From an uncultured bacterium (lineage in GTDB: Bacteria > Babelota > Babeliae > Babelales > Vermiphilaceae), in contig OY969561.1 in assembly GCA_963701085.1 (NCBI GenBank), positions 64,001-128,000 of the forward strand: a DNA stretch of 64,000 nt, written 5' to 3'. Shown piece after piece: positions 28,467 through 37,474 of the stretch (positions within the stretch are counted from its first letter, which is position 1; every line of letters begins with the position of its first letter). Position numbers and translations under genes: made by a program. The notes under the pieces were generated by a model. It was given only the letters and a program-made list of their open reading frames with translations. It did not search any database and had not been told where the DNA came from.

Positions 28467-29453
28467 ATGGGGGTTCTTATGAAACGTTATATACATATCG
28501 CATTACTTGCTCTTTTTGCTCAGTGTGGATTATCAAATGTTGTTTATAGTATGAATATAGCGCCTGTAACAGTAGGGCCAGATTCAATTGTGAATGCTAT
28601 TAAACAGTATTCTGATTTAACCGAAGCTGATGTGAATCAATATAAACTATTATGGCTTGGTAGTCTTGGTACAGCGGGTGCATTTGTTTTGGGAGCAGCT
28701 TCAACTATTGGAGCCGGTGTGGGAGCGTATCAACAGGCAGGATTAGTTCAAGGTATTACTTTTGAATCTACTCCAAGTTGGATGAAAAATGCTTTGGTTT
28801 TGGCTGGATTAGGTTCTGTCGGTACGGGTTATGTGAGTTATAAATTATTGTATCCACGTATTCGTGCAGGTGTTCTTAATAAGGTTCAAAGATTTATTGA
28901 TGTGTGTGAGGCTTTGTATGGGGACAGTCCTGCCGATATAACTGGTACAGTTTATAGTGTTGTGACGTATAATTTTGAGTATAGAAATTTGAGTATGCTG
29001 CGATCATATCTTCCTAAGCATTGGCCAGCGGGAGATGATGTAGCCGTGTACAATGCTCTTGATAACTTGGCTAAACAGGGACGTCTAGCTCAAGCTTTGT
29101 TGAATCAAATAAGAACAAGTGATGATGAAGTTAATGCCATGAAAGAAGTGGTAAAAACGTATAGTGATAATTTGTCTGCTAATCTGAAATTATATGAACC
29201 TATGATTGATGTTGCATATAGAAAAAAACGTGAAGCGGCAGAGCTTGCTGGGATAGAAGTAGGTACAACTTTAATGAAAGCAAAAACAATTGAAACATAT
29301 GGAACTATGGTAACAAGCACTTTTAACAATGCTTGGAAGGGATTGAATTTTCTTTATGAAAATCAGCAGTATATTATGGGTGCAGTAGGTTCCATAGGTT
29401 TAATTAGTGCATATAGTTATGTGAAGTCTAAATTACTTGGTGGACAACAATAA
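28467..29453 (+). CDS. Hypothetical secreted/membrane protein
   Basis: 328 aa; leader ending VVYS-MN; Gly/Ala-rich hydrophobic segments. Confidence 0.7.
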   Translation: MGVLMKRYIHIALLALFAQCGLSNVVYSMNIAPVTVGPDSIVNAIKQYSDLTEADVNQYKLLWLGSLGTAGAFVLGAASTIGAGVGAYQQAGLVQGITFESTPSWMKNALVLAGLGSVGTGYVSYKLLYPRIRAGVLNKVQRFIDVCEALYGDSPADITGTVYSVVTYNFEYRNLSMLRSYLPKHWPAGDDVAVYNALDNLAKQGRLAQALLNQIRTSDDEVNAMKEVVKTYSDNLSANLKLYEPMIDVAYRKKREAAELAGIEVGTTLMKAKTIETYGTMVTSTFNNAWKGLNFLYENQQYIMGAVGSIGLISAYSYVKSKLLGGQQ

Positions 29454-29463
29454 ATAATAATTG

Positions 29464-30825
29464 TTATTGCCCAAAGAGAGATAGTAGTTCATAGACATTA
29501 TAAAAACGCTTGACGGTGCAGGAAGTTTTTTCGATGACCTGATTTTTTGCAACCAACAGCGTTGTAATGCCAAATTTTTCAGCCTCCTTGATAAGATGGC
29601 CAATGTTATTAATTGGCTTGATTTGTCCGGTGAGGCTGATTTCACCTAAAGCGATTGATTTTTCAGGCAGCGGTTCTTGGAAATAGCTTGAAAGCAATGC
29701 AAACGCGGTGCCAAGATCACTTTCCGATCCAGTAATTTTAAAGCCACCACTCACTTTAAAAAAGATATCCTGCATACTTAATTTTATTTTTACGTATTTT
29801 TCTAAAATTGCTGCAATGAGTACCACTTGCTTGTGATCCAAGCCAGAGACAACGCGTTGTGGCATTGTTAATTTTGATGCATTGGTGAGTGCTTGTAATT
29901 CCAGCAAAATAGGTCGAGATCCTTCCATAATGCTGATAATAGCAGATCCAGGAGCGTGTGATATTTCACTAATTAAGTGTGCGTTAATATTTGGTACTTC
30001 TTGGAGTCCGTGTTGTTCCATACAAAAAAAACCAAGCTCATTGATTGCGCCAAATCTGTTTTTTACTGCTCTGAGCATACGCGTTTGCCAACGGTCTTCT
30101 CCTTGCAGATAAAACACTGCATCAACCATGTGCTCCAATGTTTTTGGTCCTGCAATAATTCCTTCTTTAGTAATATGTCCGGTGATAATCACGGTAATAT
30201 TATGTTCTTTACTTAATCGCATTAATTGGAATGCAGATTCTCGTAATTGTCCAACACTGCCGGGAAGGGTATGTGCATCATTGATGTAACAATTTTGTAT
30301 GGAATCAATGACCAAGAGATCCGGTTTTTGTTCGCGTGCTGTTGCTATAATACTTGTCAGTTCTGCTGCATCAGAAAAAAGTAGGTTGCTATTAACGGTT
30401 TTCAATCTCATTGCGCGTCCTTTAAGTTGCTGCAGTGATTCTTCTGTAGAAAAATAAAAGACACGTTTTGTTTTTGCTATTTCATACGCAACTTGGAGTA
30501 ACAGGGTAGATTTACCAATCCCAGGATCGCCAGTGATAACAATAAGAGATCCGGGAACAAGGCCACCACCAACAACACGGTCCCATTCACCAATACCGGA
30601 TAGAACTCGTGGTAGCTCTTGCGTATCTATTGCATCCAGTGATATAAGTTGTGCTGCTCGTGTGTGAGCATACATCTTGGTAGAGCTACTTGTTGCGGTG
30701 ATTACATTTTCAATTAATGAATCCCACTCTTTGCATTCGGGGCAGCATCCCATCCATCTGATGGTTGTGTAACTACAGTTTGAGCATTTAAAAGATGTTT
30801 TTGTTTTATTCATAGTTTTTAGCAT
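29464..30825 (-). CDS. radA: DNA repair protein RadA/Sms
   Basis: CxxC-CxxC zinc finger, GDPGIGKST Walker A, KNRFG motif, Lon-like C-domain. Confidence 0.97.
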   Translation of the reverse strand: MLKTMNKTKTSFKCSNCSYTTIRWMGCCPECKEWDSLIENVITATSSSTKMYAHTRAAQLISLDAIDTQELPRVLSGIGEWDRVVGGGLVPGSLIVITGDPGIGKSTLLLQVAYEIAKTKRVFYFSTEESLQQLKGRAMRLKTVNSNLLFSDAAELTSIIATAREQKPDLLVIDSIQNCYINDAHTLPGSVGQLRESAFQLMRLSKEHNITVIITGHITKEGIIAGPKTLEHMVDAVFYLQGEDRWQTRMLRAVKNRFGAINELGFFCMEQHGLQEVPNINAHLISEISHAPGSAIISIMEGSRPILLELQALTNASKLTMPQRVVSGLDHKQVVLIAAILEKYVKIKLSMQDIFFKVSGGFKITGSESDLGTAFALLSSYFQEPLPEKSIALGEISLTGQIKPINNIGHLIKEAEKFGITTLLVAKNQVIEKTSCTVKRFYNVYELLSLFGQ

Positions 30826-30935
30826 AAAGGAGCACTATTATTTTTGCAAAATATTGCTTTAACTCCAATACGTACTACATTCTTATTGGTGACTTTCGTT
30901 GAGAAAATAAAAAAAGTGAGATAAAGGAGTGGTAT

Positions 30936-31884
30936 ATGAAAATATATAAAGGTTTGATTGTTTTTTTATTATTATCTGTTCAATTGGGTATTGCGCGATT
31001 AGAGGTGCTTGATAATGAGCCTCGTAATGTAGAATTGCTGAGCACGCAAGAAATGCGATTTTGTTACATTAGTTTTGTTAGAGTTAATGGAACAAAATAT
31101 ATCATAAAACAAAAAAAATCAGATTGCTTTCGTAAAATTGTTGGTGTTGTGCGTGATGCAATCACCGCGCATGTTGTAGAAAGTTTTGGTAGAGCACATG
31201 GCATAGATGGCTTGGCGCATCAGGTTGATGTAATTCCTGCAGGGAAAGAATTTCAGGGAAAACTTCGAACAGACTGGCCAGCAACAATTCATACCATTGC
31301 GCCAGGAAAAATGATTAAAGATCAGGATAGTCGGTATAATAGCATGAATATAAAACAAGGCTGATGTTGGTTTTAGGCGTGATATGCTTGCATGGATGGC
31401 CAAAGATCCAATATTGATAAAAATTGTTGCGTTGGATACATTCCTTTGCAATCATGATCGTCATCGAGGCAACTTGTTTTATCATCCTCAAACAGATTCA
31501 TTTTGTGCCATTGATATGGATTCTGCATTTAAACACAATCTGTGCGCCCTTGCTTGTCAGAATTTTACGGCAATGCTTAATGATAAAAGATTGCGATTAA
31601 GCCTCAAAGAGGTACGAGTGCTTGTTGAATACAAAAAACACCTCCAGTTTTTGGTTGATAATCACCATCCAGAAGACACATTGCGCATGTATAATTATTT
31701 TGTTGATAAGGCAGGGTTTGTTGAGGGGTCAGATTTATACACAGAAAAAATTGCTTTGGAGCTTGAGCAGAATAGGCAAATGATCATTCAGAGCTATCAG
31801 GATGCCCTAAAGCTGGTGAATATAGTGGGTGAATTGATAAAAAAGGCACAAAAAAGGGACATAGCTGACGTGAATTTGCTATAA
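30936..31884 (+). CDS. Atypical kinase paralog 4, frameshifted near 31360
   Basis: ORF 30936-31364 (YIIKQK, VRDA, WPATIH) plus ORF 31384-31884 (DRHRGNL, AIDMD); removing one G at CAAGGCT gives IKQADVGFRRDML. Confidence 0.8.
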
Positions 31885-31913
31885 AAATATAATGGATCTG
31901 GTATACTCATAGT

Positions 31914-32636
31914 ATGAATATACTAAAAAACCAATCCGATTCTTTAAGTAAACACCTTGCTCAAGCGGGTGTTGCGTCTCGTCGCAAAGTAGTAGATATT
32001 ATTAAATCCAAGGTGGTAACCGTTAATGGGGTTGTTATTGAAGACCCTGGTTTTAGAGTTAACCTTAATGATTGCGTGAGAGTTAGCAATAATATAGTTC
32101 GCGCAGAATCCAAGGTATACCTTTTGCTTAATAAGCCAAAGAACTGTATTACAACGGTTTCTGATGATCTTGGTCGTAAAAGCGTGATTGATCTTATTTC
32201 TACCGAGGTAAAACAACGCGTGTATCCTGTTGGCCGTCTTGATCGCAATGCAACCGGGTTATTGATATTGACTAATGATGGGGAACTGGCTCTTAAATTA
32301 TCACATTCTCGATTTGAAGTTGAAAAAGTATATCATCTCCTTTTGGATAAAGCATTTACCCGCAATGATATGAAAAAAATCCTTTCAGGTGTTCAACTTG
32401 AAGATGGTTTTATCAAAGTTGATGCGGCAAATTTCTTCCCCGATAGACCTAAGCAAAATGTAATGGTTGTTCTTCATAGTGGTAAAGACCACATGGTTCC
32501 GCGTCTTTTTGAGCATTTGGGCTATGGCGTTGAAAAAATTGATCGCGCCGGATACTCAGGACTAATCAAAGTTCGTTTAAAAGTAGGCGAATGGCGCCAT
32601 CTTACCAATGCTGAAGTTTCTCGTCTTAAAAACTAA
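31914..32636 (+). CDS. RsuA/RluB-family rRNA pseudouridine synthase
   Basis: S4 domain (AGVASRR), NKPK, PVGRLD catalytic motif. Confidence 0.93.
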   Translation: MNILKNQSDSLSKHLAQAGVASRRKVVDIIKSKVVTVNGVVIEDPGFRVNLNDCVRVSNNIVRAESKVYLLLNKPKNCITTVSDDLGRKSVIDLISTEVKQRVYPVGRLDRNATGLLILTNDGELALKLSHSRFEVEKVYHLLLDKAFTRNDMKKILSGVQLEDGFIKVDAANFFPDRPKQNVMVVLHSGKDHMVPRLFEHLGYGVEKIDRAGYSGLIKVRLKVGEWRHLTNAEVSRLKN

Positions 32637-32690
32637 TATTTTTTTAATTTTTTGCTGATTTCAAGTACACTGCTCATATTCTAATTTATT

Positions 32691-34079
32691 ATGATACGAG
32701 CGGAGTTTTACATGCATGATGGATATTTAAAAGTTGAACAATCTCCAGCACTCAAAGGTGAAGTCAGACTTACTGGAGCAAAGAATGCAGTTTTAGTTAC
32801 CATTGCATCATTGATTTTAACAACGGGTAAATCATTATTGTACAATGTTCCTATTTCAGCTGATGTTTTTGAGATGATAGAGTTACTGCGCCATTTTGGT
32901 GCAGTTATTTTTTTTGATGAAGAAAAGCATCAATTATTTGTGGATACAACATTACTGCATTCATGGAGCGTGAGTAGCGCGATGATGAAAAAAACGCGCA
33001 CGTCAATTTTAGTCATGGGGCCACTTTTGGCGCGTTTTGGTAAAGTACGTATTGGTGGACTTCCTGGTGGTGATGCTATTGGCAAACGTCCTATTGATTA
33101 TCATTTGAAAAATTTTGCAAAGATGGGTGTTGTTATTCATCACGAAGGTGATTATCTGTGCGCTGATGTTGAAAAGTTAGTAGCTGCCCGAATAGTGTTG
33201 GAATATCCGAGTGTGGGGGCAACAGAAAATATCATTATGGCAGCAACACGTGCCCAAGGGGCGACGAAAATTATAAATGCCGCGTGTGAACCCGAAGTTT
33301 TCAATTTGATTGCATGCCTGACAAAAATGGGGGCAAAAATAATTATTGAAGCTCCTGCCACTATTACCATTGAAGGTGTTGATATTTTGAACCCCATTGA
33401 ACACACCATTATGTTTGATCGTCTTGAAGCGGGATCATTGCTGATTGCTGCTGCTGCAACGGGGGGAGAAATTTATATTCCCGATGCATCGGCTGATGTA
33501 TTAGATGTATTTTTGCTCAAGCTTGAAGAAATGGGACATGCAATTACAATTGGTCCAAATAATAAGGGGATTTATCTTAAATCCACTCAGACACCGCATG
33601 CGGTGTCTTTTAAAACTGGACCATATCCAGGGTTTCCGACTGATTTGCAACCTCCCATGATGGCATTGCAATGCTTTGCATCAGGAACGAGTGTTATTGA
33701 AGAGACAGTATTTGAAAATCGTTTTCATCATGCACATGAGCTTATCAAAATGGGTGCATCAATTAAAATTGAACATAATAAAGTAATAGTCACCGGTGTT
33801 GAAAAATTATATGGTGCGCATGTTGTTGCAGCTGATATTCGCGCATCAACGGCGTTGGTTGTTGCTGGGTTGGTTGCGCATGGCACAACAATAGTTTCTG
33901 GTCTTCATCACTGGAAGCGTGGTTATGAAGCGTTAGAAAAAAAACTCCAGCATCTTGGCGCTAAAGTTGCGGTTCATGAAGGTGAAGATATGAGCGCTTT
34001 AATCCTTCAACAAGTTCCCGACTTCGCCAAGGCTTCGACGGGCACGCAGGATGAGCGCGGAAAGCAAACAGATTTATAA
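32691..34079 (+). CDS. murA: UDP-N-acetylglucosamine 1-carboxyvinyltransferase (start possibly 32712)
   Basis: GAKNA, LPGGDAIGKRP, SVGATEN, PGFPTDLQ, ETVFENRF, DIRA, RGYE. Confidence 0.97.
   Translation: MIRAEFYMHDGYLKVEQSPALKGEVRLTGAKNAVLVTIASLILTTGKSLLYNVPISADVFEMIELLRHFGAVIFFDEEKHQLFVDTTLLHSWSVSSAMMKKTRTSILVMGPLLARFGKVRIGGLPGGDAIGKRPIDYHLKNFAKMGVVIHHEGDYLCADVEKLVAARIVLEYPSVGATENIIMAATRAQGATKIINAACEPEVFNLIACLTKMGAKIIIEAPATITIEGVDILNPIEHTIMFDRLEAGSLLIAAAATGGEIYIPDASADVLDVFLLKLEEMGHAITIGPNNKGIYLKSTQTPHAVSFKTGPYPGFPTDLQPPMMALQCFASGTSVIEETVFENRFHHAHELIKMGASIKIEHNKVIVTGVEKLYGAHVVAADIRASTALVVAGLVAHGTTIVSGLHHWKRGYEALEKKLQHLGAKVAVHEGEDMSALILQQVPDFAKASTGTQDERGKQTDL
34002..34060 (+). repeat. Family B half-element with a nested family A 30-mer (34017-34046) in the murA 3' end
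   Basis: ATCCTTCAACAAGTT[CCCGACTTCGCCAAGGCTTCGACGGGCACG]CAGGATGAGCGCGG. Confidence 0.88.
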
Positions 34080-34095
34080 AGCCTAATATATGTTT

Positions 34096-34947
34096 TTAAA
34101 AATTACCCGCTAATTCAGTAATTTCAGTCGTAATTTTTGCTTGACGTATTTTGTTGTATTCTAACTTGGTGGTGTTCAACAAACTATTTGCGTTGCGCGT
34201 TGAATTATCCATGGAGATAAAGCGAGCGGCATGTTCAGAAAGCAGTGATTGGAAAATGAGGTGCTGAAATTGAGCCTCGATATACTGCACCGCGAGCGTG
34301 TTTAAGATCTCGCTTGGCGCTTCATCCCAGATATATCCTTCTGTTGGAGGTATGGTTGCTGCAGATATTGTTGCCGGATTGAATGGAATAAGATGGGTTA
34401 CGGTTGCCTTTTGGGTAAAAAAATTTTTAAAAACATTGCTGATGATAGTGACTGATGTATAGGCAGGTGTTGCCAGCATAACAAGATCAGTCAATTCTTG
34501 AGCGATTGTTAAAAAATTACGGGCAGTGAGCACGGGAAAAGAACAGATTAATCTATCAGGATAGTTGTTGATTAAATAATCAATTGGTTTTTTCCCGATA
34601 GCGCTAAAATGATAATGGGCTGATGGGTTTTGTTTTAAATATTCTTGTAAAAATTTTGAGAGCTGTGTATTAAAACCGCCACATAAACCTTTTTGTGATC
34701 CAATAACAACAATGAGAGGGTTACTGTTTTCACCGGTTGGCATAAGCCGCTCATGTGACCATGATGGAGTTGCTAGCTGTACCTTGGCAAGTAATGTTTT
34801 GAGCGCATTCAGGTATTCGCTGAGTGGCTCTTGTTTTATTTTAAGCCGTGAGTGAGCTGACATAGAAATAATACGCATCACATCAGTGACTTTTTTTATT
34901 GTTTCAATGGTTTGAATGCGATTGCGCATTTGAATGAGTTTGGACAT
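34096..34947 (-). CDS. atpG: ATP synthase F1 gamma subunit
   Basis: IKKVT.VM, KGLCGGFN, SEHAAR...MDNSTRNA, YNKIRQAKITTEITE. Confidence 0.95.
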   Translation of the reverse strand: MSKLIQMRNRIQTIETIKKVTDVMRIISMSAHSRLKIKQEPLSEYLNALKTLLAKVQLATPSWSHERLMPTGENSNPLIVVIGSQKGLCGGFNTQLSKFLQEYLKQNPSAHYHFSAIGKKPIDYLINNYPDRLICSFPVLTARNFLTIAQELTDLVMLATPAYTSVTIISNVFKNFFTQKATVTHLIPFNPATISAATIPPTEGYIWDEAPSEILNTLAVQYIEAQFQHLIFQSLLSEHAARFISMDNSTRNANSLLNTTKLEYNKIRQAKITTEITELAGNF

Positions 34948-35115
34948 GTTACCCCATGGCTGCTTGTGATAAAGCGATTGTATTAAACTTACTGTACCTG
35001 TACTTTAAGCATTTTTCAATGGTAATTATTTTGGCTTTATTGAAACAATGTTGTGTTAATTGATATACTTGCGATGTAGGGTAATAGGGTAGAAAAGTCT
35101 TAATTACGGATAAGT

Positions 35116-35706
35116 ATGATTATTGTTGTGGATGCGTACAACCTTTTACGTTCCGTGCCGCCGTATAAAAAGACCATTACGGACAAAGAGCGGGTGCAAT
35201 TTATTGCGCAGCTGGGTGCGTATGGCCGTCGCAAGGGTCACAAAATGATCATTGTTTTTGATGGTGGTCCTCATGAGTGGCCATTTAAAGAAAACATGAA
35301 AGCAATGACCATTGTCTATTCTGGCATCCATGATAGCGCAGATGATTATATTAAAGAGTATGTGGAAGCTCATCGTGCAAAGGATCTTTTACTTGTATCA
35401 TCTGATGCTGAATTGAATCGCTGGGCAGCGCGGCACAATATTCCCTCCATTGATTCATCAGGCTTTCATCATTTGTTGCATCAAGAGTTGTTGGCAAAGC
35501 AACCGATTGCTGAAAAAATTTCTGAAGTTACAAAATTGCATCGTGATAATGATGCAATAGATATTGACGCTCTCATGACGGAGGCGAGTAAAAGTGTACC
35601 AATAAAGAGCGAAGATTTAGCTCCGGTGAATAAAAGTCGTGATGCAAAAAAGGCTCAGGTTAGTAAAGGTGAGCGTGAATTATTAAAAAAGTTAAACAAA
35701 TTATAG
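35116..35706 (+). CDS. NYN (YacP/Rae1-like) PIN-fold nuclease
   Basis: IVVDAYNLL, IVFDG, SADDYI, VSSD. Confidence 0.88.
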   Translation: MIIVVDAYNLLRSVPPYKKTITDKERVQFIAQLGAYGRRKGHKMIIVFDGGPHEWPFKENMKAMTIVYSGIHDSADDYIKEYVEAHRAKDLLLVSSDAELNRWAARHNIPSIDSSGFHHLLHQELLAKQPIAEKISEVTKLHRDNDAIDIDALMTEASKSVPIKSEDLAPVNKSRDAKKAQVSKGERELLKKLNKL

Positions 35707-35716
35707 AGCTATTCAT

Positions 35717-36193
35717 ATGAAGAACCATAACAAAGAGATTGTTTATTCATTAGATGAGCATGATAAGGTTATTCAAGAATTGAAAAATGCAATGGCAAGG
35801 TGTCAGGTCTTTGCCTTGAGCGGTCCTCTTGGTGCGGGAAAAACAACGACCATTAAAGCATTGCTACGTAGTTGCGGGGTGACTGGTACTATTACTAGTC
35901 CAACATTTACGTATGTTAATGAGTACGAAAACAGTCAAGGTGAGCATTTTTATCATTTTGATTTATATCGGATAGGTAGTGTGCAAGAGTTTCAGGCGCA
36001 GGGATTTGATGAATATTTGTATCAACCTGCCTTTCGTAGTTCGCAGAACGAAGTAGGGCCAAATAGTTGGGCATTTATCGAGTGGCCGGAGGTTATTGAG
36101 CCGCTTTTAACGCACAATGTCTGCTTTGTTTCATTTGATTATCACGATGACCCTGATAAACGGGTAGTTATCATAAAAGAGAGTGAATTTTAA
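35717..36193 (+). CDS. tsaE: tRNA threonylcarbamoyladenosine biosynthesis ATPase TsaE
   Basis: GPLGAGKTT, TSPTF, YHFDLYR, IEW. Confidence 0.96.
   Translation: MKNHNKEIVYSLDEHDKVIQELKNAMARCQVFALSGPLGAGKTTTIKALLRSCGVTGTITSPTFTYVNEYENSQGEHFYHFDLYRIGSVQEFQAQGFDEYLYQPAFRSSQNEVGPNSWAFIEWPEVIEPLLTHNVCFVSFDYHDDPDKRVVIIKESEF
36026..36058 (-). repeat. 33-nt family A variant, in frame in tsaE
   Basis: Reverse strand CCCTACTTCGTTCTGCGAACTACGAAAGGCAGG; adds PAFRSSQNEVG between DEYLYQ and PNSWAFIEW. Confidence 0.75.
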
Positions 36194-36293
36194 AGATTTT
36201 TATCAAATAATGTGTTTTTCATCAAAATTAAGTTGAAATACATTGAGAAAAACAATATTATAGTTGAACAAGCTTGTAGATGTGCTTGGGTGC

Positions 36294-36378
36294 GGCGAGG
36301 TTCCCGAGCGGCCAAAGGGGGTGGACTGTAAATCCATCGGCTATGCCTTCGCTGGTTCGAATCCAGCCCTCGCCACCA
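36294..36378 (+). tRNA. tRNA-Tyr(GTA)
   Basis: 85 nt with long variable arm, anticodon loop CT GTA AA. Confidence 0.96.
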
Positions 36379-36405
36379 GACTACGCTAAAGCTTCGTCTG
36401 GCAGG
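36376..36405 (+). repeat. Family A 30-mer starting at the tRNA-Tyr CCA
   Basis: CCAGACTACGCTAAAGCTTCGTCTGGCAGG, followed by a second CCA. Confidence 0.9.
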
Positions 36406-36481
36406 CCATCTTTTTAAAGGTTGGTTAGAATTATCAAAAAAACTTGGTAATTTAAAAAGATTAAGAAAACAATTGAAATGT

Positions 36482-36557
36482 GCGGGAATAGCTCAATTGG
36501 CAGAGCGACAGCCTTCCAAGCTGTAGGTTGCGAGTTCGACCCTCGTTTCCCGCTCCA
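36482..36557 (+). tRNA. tRNA-Gly(TCC)
   Basis: GCGGGAA/TTCCCGC acceptor stem, anticodon TCC. Confidence 0.96.
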
Positions 36558-36570
36558 GAAAAGTTATAAG

Positions 36571-36646
36571 GCCGGCGTAGCTCAGTTGGTAGAGCAGCTG
36601 ATTTGTAATCAGCAGGTCACTGGTTCGAATCCTGTCGCCGGCTCCA
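36571..36646 (+). tRNA. tRNA-Thr(TGT)
   Basis: GCCGGCG/CGCCGGC acceptor stem, anticodon TGT. Confidence 0.96.
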
Positions 36647-36674
36647 TACTTCGCACAAGGCTCCGTATGGCAGG
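36644..36674 (+). repeat. Family A 31-mer starting at the tRNA-Thr(TGT) CCA
   Basis: CCATACTTCGCACAAGGCTCCGTATGGCAGG, followed by a second CCA. Confidence 0.88.
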
Positions 36675-36734
36675 CCATTTTTTTCAAAGGTTTGACATTA
36701 AGACTTTTTGAAAAGATTGATAGCAGAAGCGAAG

Positions 36735-36764
36735 TATGCCCTTCGAAGCTTTAGCGTAGTAGGG
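36735..36764 (-). repeat. Family A 30-mer, inverted relative to the 36644 copy
   Basis: Reverse strand CCCTACTACGCTAAAGCTTCGAAGGGCATA. Confidence 0.82.
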
Positions 36765-36869
36765 CTATCCTTATCTTTCTGATTTCTAATACACAATAGG
36801 TGTTCAAAAAGTTTGTCTTTTTCTGTTTTTTTAATTAATCTATAATAAACCGTAAGGATTACGGTTCAT

Positions 36870-36944
36870 GCCCACGTAGCTCAGAGGCAGAGCGCTTCCT
36901 TGGTAAGGAAGAGGCCACCGGTTCAATCCCGGTCGCGGGCTCCA
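36870..36944 (+). tRNA. tRNA-Thr(GGT)
   Basis: Anticodon arm CTTCC-TT GGT AA-GGAAG; one A:C mismatch in the acceptor stem. Confidence 0.92.
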
Positions 36945-36989
36945 GATAGAATCAGTTGAAATCAAGGTCTTATAAGTGTCTTTATAATT

Positions 36990-37148
36990 ATGGCAAAAAA
37001 TAGAAAAACTACTCATTTGGTTTGCGAAATATGCAAAGAACGTAACTATACTCAGGTTGTTTCAAAAAAAAGAACTATCGGTTCTTTAAAATTGAGTAAG
37101 TATTGTCCACGCTGTCGCAAGCACAATGATCATAAAGAAACAAAATAG
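36990..37148 (+). CDS. rpmG: 50S ribosomal protein L33, zinc-binding form (missing from ORF track)
   Basis: [52 protein letters not shown], upstream of tRNA-Trp/secE. Confidence 0.96.
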   Translation: MAKNRKTTHLVCEICKERNYTQVVSKKRTIGSLKLSKYCPRCRKHNDHKETK

Positions 37149-37157
37149 GCCCTTTGT

Positions 37158-37234
37158 AGGTCAGTAGCTCAATTTGGTAGAGCAGCAGACTCCAAATCTG
37201 CCGGTTGGGGGTTCGAGTCCCTCCTGGCCTGCCA
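37158..37234 (+). tRNA. tRNA-Trp(CCA)
   Basis: Anticodon arm GCAGA-CT CCA AA-TCTGC; usual position before secE. Confidence 0.96.
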
Positions 37235-37252
37235 TTAGAAAGAAGAGAGATA

Positions 37253-37453
37253 ATGATAAAAGATGTAACGCAGTTTGTTAAAGACGTGCAACTTGAGCTT
37301 TCAAAAGTTACTTGGCCTAAGTTTGATGAGTTTGTAGGATCAACGATAGTTGTCTTACTACTCATGTCTTTTTTTGCAGTTTATTTAGGTCTCGTTGATA
37401 AAGGGCTTACTGAGCTCTGGCGATTTGTAGTTAGATTGTATGGTGGTTACTAG
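37253..37453 (+). CDS. secE: Preprotein translocase subunit SecE
   Basis: ELSKVTWP motif and single TM helix; start reassigned to MIKDV. Confidence 0.95.
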   Translation: MIKDVTQFVKDVQLELSKVTWPKFDEFVGSTIVVLLLMSFFAVYLGLVDKGLTELWRFVVRLYGGY

Positions 37454-37474
37454 TTTTGACAGGACAAAGATCAT

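Noticed and set aside
36294-36944. Integrative element or prophage att sites at tRNA 3' ends
   Set aside because: Only 3 nt (CCA) are repeated, 30 nt apart, and there is no integrase or cargo; explained by the short elements.
36478-37365. ORFs 36478-36711, 36493-36687, 37075-37365 and the extended secE start at 37205
   Set aside because: They overlap tRNA genes, rpmG or secE; spurious.
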